Virus record (IMG/VR): IMGVR_UViG_3300037419_000842
Length of the DNA: 34,919 bases
Direction: 5' to 3' (one strand)
From: a virus
Below are positions 33,462-34,919 of this stretch, piece by piece. Position 1 is the first letter of the stretch; every line of letters starts with the position of its first letter. The position numbers and the translations under genes are program-made. The notes beneath the pieces were generated by a model. The model worked only from the letters and a program-made list of their open reading frames with translations. It was not told the origin of the DNA and made no database searches.

Positions 33462-34919
33462 CTATACGTAAATGTAGTCTTTCATAAGAATCTCTGACGA
33501 CGATAAGCCCAGCCCAAGTCTTGGATGACTAGCGGGGTCAAATGTTAGTTGACCACCTGTAACACCAGCACCACCCGTCAGGTAATAGTAAGCTTGCCCG
33601 GGCTTAATCCCTGTTAGGCCGGATATTAAACCTCTCATGTACACGCGTCCGTCAGTAGGATGATAATAGCCAATGACAGATGGCGTTGATGTATTGACAT
33701 AATACTCTTGACACATCAAGTCAGTTCTAAAAGCCTTAGTTGTTACAGCCCCAGTAGTGAATACATAGTTAATGATATATACAATATTTCCGATAACCAC
33801 GCTTCTAGGTGTATATGATGTGGCTGTTTCTTGCCCCGCGATTGATCTGAAGCCCATGTTAGCTATGAATCCTGTACCAGCCGCATTGAAACCTATCACA
33901 GCCCCCCAGAGAACCGTCCCGCCGCTGACTGGAACTACGAAGATTACGAATTGATTTGTAGCTACATCGAACGTAATGTTATGTGCGTTCTGCGACAGAG
34001 AAGTAGTCAAATTTGCGCCAAATTGTGCATCACCTCTCGTATACGTTCCAGTATTGGGGTCTACCCTCCAAGCAGCAATATCGTAGTTGTAACTTGTGGA
34101 TGCTGGCGTGAACCCTACAGCGATGTAGTGATAGCCATCACTTCCTACGTAATGAAATGGCCTACTTACTAGGGTGTAGTTAGTATTGTAGTTACTTAAG
34201 AAAGTAGCTGTTTGCATATTGGTTACGGTTGATATTGTTGTACCAGAAATGCTGAGGCTGGTACTGATAATCTGATACTGTGTAGCTGAGTTACACAAGA
34301 TAATCAACGCTTTTGTAGCACCTATCGCGATAGCATTCATCCTAATAAATGTCCCCGAGGCTGAACCAAAGGAACCAGCAGATGGCGTAAATGTAGCTCC
34401 AGCAGAAGGTACATTACCCGCAGTTGTAATCACATTCGAGGTGATATTAAGCGTTTGAGTCGAAAGTTGGTAAACAACTATAGCCTTGTCTGTTGTCAGT
34501 TGATCTATACTGATATCACCTGTGCATACTGTGGCCGTGACGGTTAGGTCTGTACCTACAGTTACCGTAGAACCCGATACAGAGAATGCGATAACATGAG
34601 GGTAGTTTGTGGAGTTATCAATATAAGCCAGCGCAAACTTACCTGCGGCCATAAGGCATAGGTCAAAGTTGTTACCTACATTGGTTCCTAACGCATAAAC
34701 TGTGCCCACAGTAATGGTTGTTCCTGAGATAGTAAGGACAACGGCTCTAGCTTGTGTACCGTTTGCAAATACCAACAAGGCGTGCGTGGAATCCAACAAG
34801 CGCAAGTAATTGTTCTCAGGTCTAGTAACCGTTGGTAGGTAGAATGTTGAAGACCAGACAACCACCTCTGTACCCATACCAGAACTTGTAGTCGTAGGTG
34901 TCAGTATCGATGCCCTTAT
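33462..34919 (-). CDS. Tail fibre / receptor-binding protein, C-terminal part (5' truncated by window)
   Basis: Frame is open to the window edge. Thr/Ser/Gly-rich with repeated blade-like units (VLTISGTTITVGT, AFSVSGSTVTVGT, SLSISGTTISTV); GLTGIKPGQAYY end motif. Confidence 0.75.
   Translation of the reverse strand: MRASILTPTTTSSGMGTEVVVWSSTFYLPTVTRPENNYLRLLDSTHALLVFANGTQARAVVLTISGTTITVGTVYALGTNVGNNFDLCLMAAGKFALAYIDNSTNYPHVIAFSVSGSTVTVGTDLTVTATVCTGDISIDQLTTDKAIVVYQLSTQTLNITSNVITTAGNVPSAGATFTPSAGSFGSASGTFIRMNAIAIGATKALIILCNSATQYQIISTSLSISGTTISTVTNMQTATFLSNYNTNYTLVSRPFHYVGSDGYHYIAVGFTPASTSYNYDIAAWRVDPNTGTYTRGDAQFGANLTTSLSQNAHNITFDVATNQFVIFVVPVSGGTVLWGAVIGFNAAGTGFIANMGFRSIAGQETATSYTPRSVVIGNIVYIINYVFTTGAVTTKAFRTDLMCQEYYVNTSTPSVIGYYHPTDGRVYMRGLISGLTGIKPGQAYYYLTGGAGVTGGQLTFDPASHPRLGLGLSSSEILMKDYIYV

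Noticed and set aside
1-34919. tRNA genes, CRISPR arrays, integrase or att sites
   Set aside because: None seen. Intergenic gaps are short and are accounted for by promoters, hairpins and RBSs.

Overview
This window is a 35 kb piece of a large, AT-rich tailed-phage genome. Its host is most likely Bacillota (Bacilli), judged from SigA-type promoters and strong GGAG/GGAGG ribosome-binding sites. The + strand arm (1-27726) carries nucleotide-metabolism and replication genes: class Ia RNR nrdA/nrdB, thioredoxin, dUTPase, thyA-dfrA, a four-gene NAD+ salvage operon (Nampt, NMNAT, ADP-ribose Nudix, DUF4177-like), RNase HI, dnaE, a ClpP-like protease, guanylate kinase and RusA, plus many small accessory ORFs. 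dnaE is split by a 1305-nt group I intron encoding a LAGLIDADG endonuclease. There are also free-standing HNH-AP2 and GIY-YIG endonucleases. The - strand arm (27749-34919) is the end of the late module: tail fibre tip, fibre assembly protein, permuted papain-like enzyme, lysis cassette and a beta-helix depolymerase. The arms converge on a bidirectional terminator. The main highlights are the NAD operon with a divergent Nampt, the dnaE intron with an internal promoter, an about 11-copy 16-bp motif at gene boundaries and promoters of the + arm, and a consensus promoter followed at once by a terminator in front of the lysis genes. All calls come from motif recognition by eye; no database searches were run.
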